This document shows, piece after piece, positions 61,805-64,000 of a stretch of 64,000 bases of DNA. The notes beneath the pieces were generated by a model. That model was given only the letters and a program-made list of their open reading frames with translations. It was not told where the DNA came from and made no database searches. How positions within the stretch are numbered: the first letter of the stretch is position 1; each line of letters opens with the position of its first letter. Position numbers and translations under genes: made by a program. Location of the stretch: the NCBI GenBank assembly GCA_035310985.1, contig DATGDH010000133.1:31251-95250 (forward strand), in the 5' to 3' direction. Source of the DNA: Burkholderiales bacterium (GTDB lineage Bacteria > Pseudomonadota > Gammaproteobacteria > Burkholderiales > SG8-39).

Positions 61805-63273
61805 ATGCGCCTCGCCACGCTGCGGAAATGATGTCCGAGGATCGATAGCTCGATCGCCGCGCGGAACTTGCGCGGCCGGGCGAGCAGGGTCGACCAGAAC
61901 AGGCCCCAGAACTGCAGCCGGCCCGCATTGCGCATCCCCAGTACCCAAAGCGATTTCAGGAACGCACTCAGATCCGAAGGTGAAAGGCGCGACCCGGGTC
62001 CGCGCGGCTGGTAGGTGGACAGGAAGGTGCGGATGCGCCGGTAGTAGTTCGCCGGCTCGTAGAGCCGCCGCATCAGCTCGCGGTAGCCCGAGATGAGGAA
62101 CTCGCGGTCCAGCCGCGTGACGAAGTTGATCGCCGCGCCGGTGTTGTTGCCGCGGCTCTCGGCGAGAATGCGCCCCTCGCGCGCCAGGCGCTTGTAGAGC
62201 GCGGTCTCGGGCAGCGCGCTCAGCAGGCCGACCATCGCGGTCACGACGCCGGTCTGCTGGATGAACTCGAACTGGCGGCGGAAGATGTCGCTCGGGTCGT
62301 TGTCGAAGCCGATGATGAATCCGCCCATCACCTCCATGCCCGCGCCCTGGATCGTCCGCACCGCGGCGGCGAGGTCGCGCTTGCGGTTCTGCCGCTTGCC
62401 GCACTCCTCCAGGCTTTCGGCCGCCGGCGTCTCGATGCCGAGGAACACCTTCTTGAAGCCCGCCTGCACCATCAGCTCGCACAGCTCAGCGTCGTCGGCC
62501 AGGTTGACCGAGGCCTCGGTGAGGAACCCCATGCACGGGAAGCTGCGCGCGCGCCACTCGACCATCGCGCGCAGCAGCTCGCGCGTGCGCTTACGGTTGC
62601 CGATGAAGTTGTCGTCGACAATGAACACCATATCGCGCCAGCCCGCGCGGCGCAGCGCTTCCAGCTCGCCGATCAGCTGCTCCGGCGTCTTGGTGCGCGG
62701 CACCCGGCCGTTCATCACCACGATGTCGCAGAACTCACAGTCGAACGGGCAGCCGCGCGAGAACTGCACCGGCATCGTGACGTAGTCGCGCAAGCGCACC
62801 AGGTCCCAGCGCGGCACGGGCGTCGCGCGCACGTCCGGCCATTGCGCCGCGCGGTACACCGCGCGCACGCTGCCCGAGCGCATGTCGCGCACGAGCTCTT
62901 CGATCAGGCCCTCGGCCTCGCCCAGCACGAAGTGCGGGATTTCAGGGAATTCGCGATGCCCGGTTGTGAACAGCGGCCCGCCCGCAATGACCGGCTTGCC
63001 GAGCGCCGCGGCGCGCGCGGCGACTTCGTGCGCGGAATCCTTGTGCACGATCATGCCGCTCAACATTACATAGTCGGCCCAGCGCAGGTCAGCGTCCGTG
63101 AGCACACGCACGTTCTGGTCCACCAGGCGCTGGTTCCAGTCGCGCGGCAGCATTGCCGCGACCGTGAGCAACCCGAGCGGCGGGAAAGCCGAGCGCCGCG
63201 CGACGAACCGCAGCACGTGCTGGAAGCTCCAGAACGTTTCGGGGTTGCGCGGATAGACGAGCAGGATGTTCAT
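61801..63273 (-). CDS. B12-binding radical SAM protein (DUF4070-type)
   Basis: FPPLGLLTVA, SRGCPFDCEFC, VDDNFIGN, TEAS, GGFIIGFD. Confidence 0.88.
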   Translation of the reverse strand: MNILLVYPRNPETFWSFQHVLRFVARRSAFPPLGLLTVAAMLPRDWNQRLVDQNVRVLTDADLRWADYVMLSGMIVHKDSAHEVAARAAALGKPVIAGGPLFTTGHREFPEIPHFVLGEAEGLIEELVRDMRSGSVRAVYRAAQWPDVRATPVPRWDLVRLRDYVTMPVQFSRGCPFDCEFCDIVVMNGRVPRTKTPEQLIGELEALRRAGWRDMVFIVDDNFIGNRKRTRELLRAMVEWRARSFPCMGFLTEASVNLADDAELCELMVQAGFKKVFLGIETPAAESLEECGKRQNRKRDLAAAVRTIQGAGMEVMGGFIIGFDNDPSDIFRRQFEFIQQTGVVTAMVGLLSALPETALYKRLAREGRILAESRGNNTGAAINFVTRLDREFLISGYRELMRRLYEPANYYRRIRTFLSTYQPRGPGSRLSPSDLSAFLKSLWVLGMRNAGRLQFWGLFWSTLLARPRKFRAAIELSILGHHFRSVARRI

Positions 63274-63357
63274 CGCCAGCCGGAGCAACTTGCCGCAGGC
63301 GCAGCCCGCCCGCAACAGCGGGGTGGCGTAAACTTAATCGTGGTCAAATCCGCGTGC

Positions 63358-64000
63358 TCAGCGGATCTGGATGGTCAGCAGGAAATCCCCGCGCACGACG
63401 TTAAGCGACAGCTGTCCGGACTTGCGCAGCGCATGCGCGAGCTCGGCCACCGAGCGGACGCGCTTGCGGTTGACGCCGAGCACGACGTCGCCCGCTCGCA
63501 GTCCGTATTCGAATGCCCGCGACTCCGCGCGTACGGCGGTCACCAGCACGCCCTTCTCGCCCTCGACTTCCACGACGACGAAGGTCGCGCCGGCGAGCTC
63601 AGCGATCGTCTCGCCGCCGGTCTCGCGCTTGGCCTGCGGCTCGCCGACGCGCACGCGCAGCGTGCGTTCCCCGGCGCCGTGCAGCACGCGCAGCTCGACT
63701 GTCTCGCCTGGCGGGGTAACCCCGAGCACCGCGCGCAGCTCGGCTGCGCCGCGCATCGGGCGGCCGTTGAGCGCTACGATCACGTCGCCTTCGCGCAGTC
63801 CGGCCTTGGCCGCCGGCGAGCCCGGTTGCACCTCGACCACCGCAACGCCCTCTGGCACCGCGACGCCGAGCCCTTTCGCCAGCTCCGGCGTCAAGTCCTG
63901 CATCTTGATCCCCAGCCTGCCGCGGCGCACCTCGCCGAAGCGGATCAGCTGCTGCATTACCGCGCGCGCCATGTTCGCCGGCACCGCGAAGCCGATGCCG
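63358..64000 (-). CDS. DegP/DegQ (HtrA) serine protease, C-terminal part with two PDZ domains
   Basis: GIGFAVP, RGRLGI, GSPAAKAGL, GLRAGDVV; 5' end lies outside the window. Confidence 0.9.
   Translation of the reverse strand, partial: GIGFAVPANMARAVMQQLIRFGEVRRGRLGIKMQDLTPELAKGLGVAVPEGVAVVEVQPGSPAAKAGLREGDVIVALNGRPMRGAAELRAVLGVTPPGETVELRVLHGAGERTLRVRVGEPQAKRETGGETIAELAGATFVVVEVEGEKGVLVTAVRAESRAFEYGLRAGDVVLGVNRKRVRSVAELAHALRKSGQLSLNVVRGDFLLTIQIR

Overview
High-GC chromosomal segment, probably from a betaproteobacterium (gene content and order; not tested phylogenetically). The backbone is housekeeping: hisD-hisG-murA-bolA-ABC-mlaBCADEF; kdsD-kdsC-lptCAB-rpoN-hpf-ptsN-hprK-rapZ; mutY; a peptide ABC operon with an M20 amidohydrolase; asmA; a 5'-nucleotidase; tRNA-Gly(CCC); thiS-thiG-trmB; hemW-rdgB-rph-PP2C-Ser/Thr kinase; yicC-gmk-rpoZ-spoT; a B12 radical SAM enzyme; and a partial DegP/Q protease. 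The notable part is a ~20.6 kb block (8479-29051) between mlaF and kef/kdsD that encodes a hybrid type IV filament system. It combines MSHA-like machinery (ExeA/MshM, lipoprotein secretin, TPR protein, assembly ATPase, platform) with a Myxococcus/Geobacter-type PilG/PilH/PilI-like ABC module. It also carries a sigma54 two-component pair that resembles PrsK/PrsR rather than PilS/PilR, and a membrane adenylate cyclase coupled to a minor pilin. The major pilin has a fully readable sigma54 promoter (two palindromic enhancer sites, an IHF-like site, -24/-12) and a terminator. Other observations: a possibly mosaic murA, many apparently leaderless genes, two probable CTG starts, and an orphan mini Csu-like secreted protein. 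No CRISPR array, rRNA, IS or integrase was seen. All family assignments come from motif recognition, not database searches.
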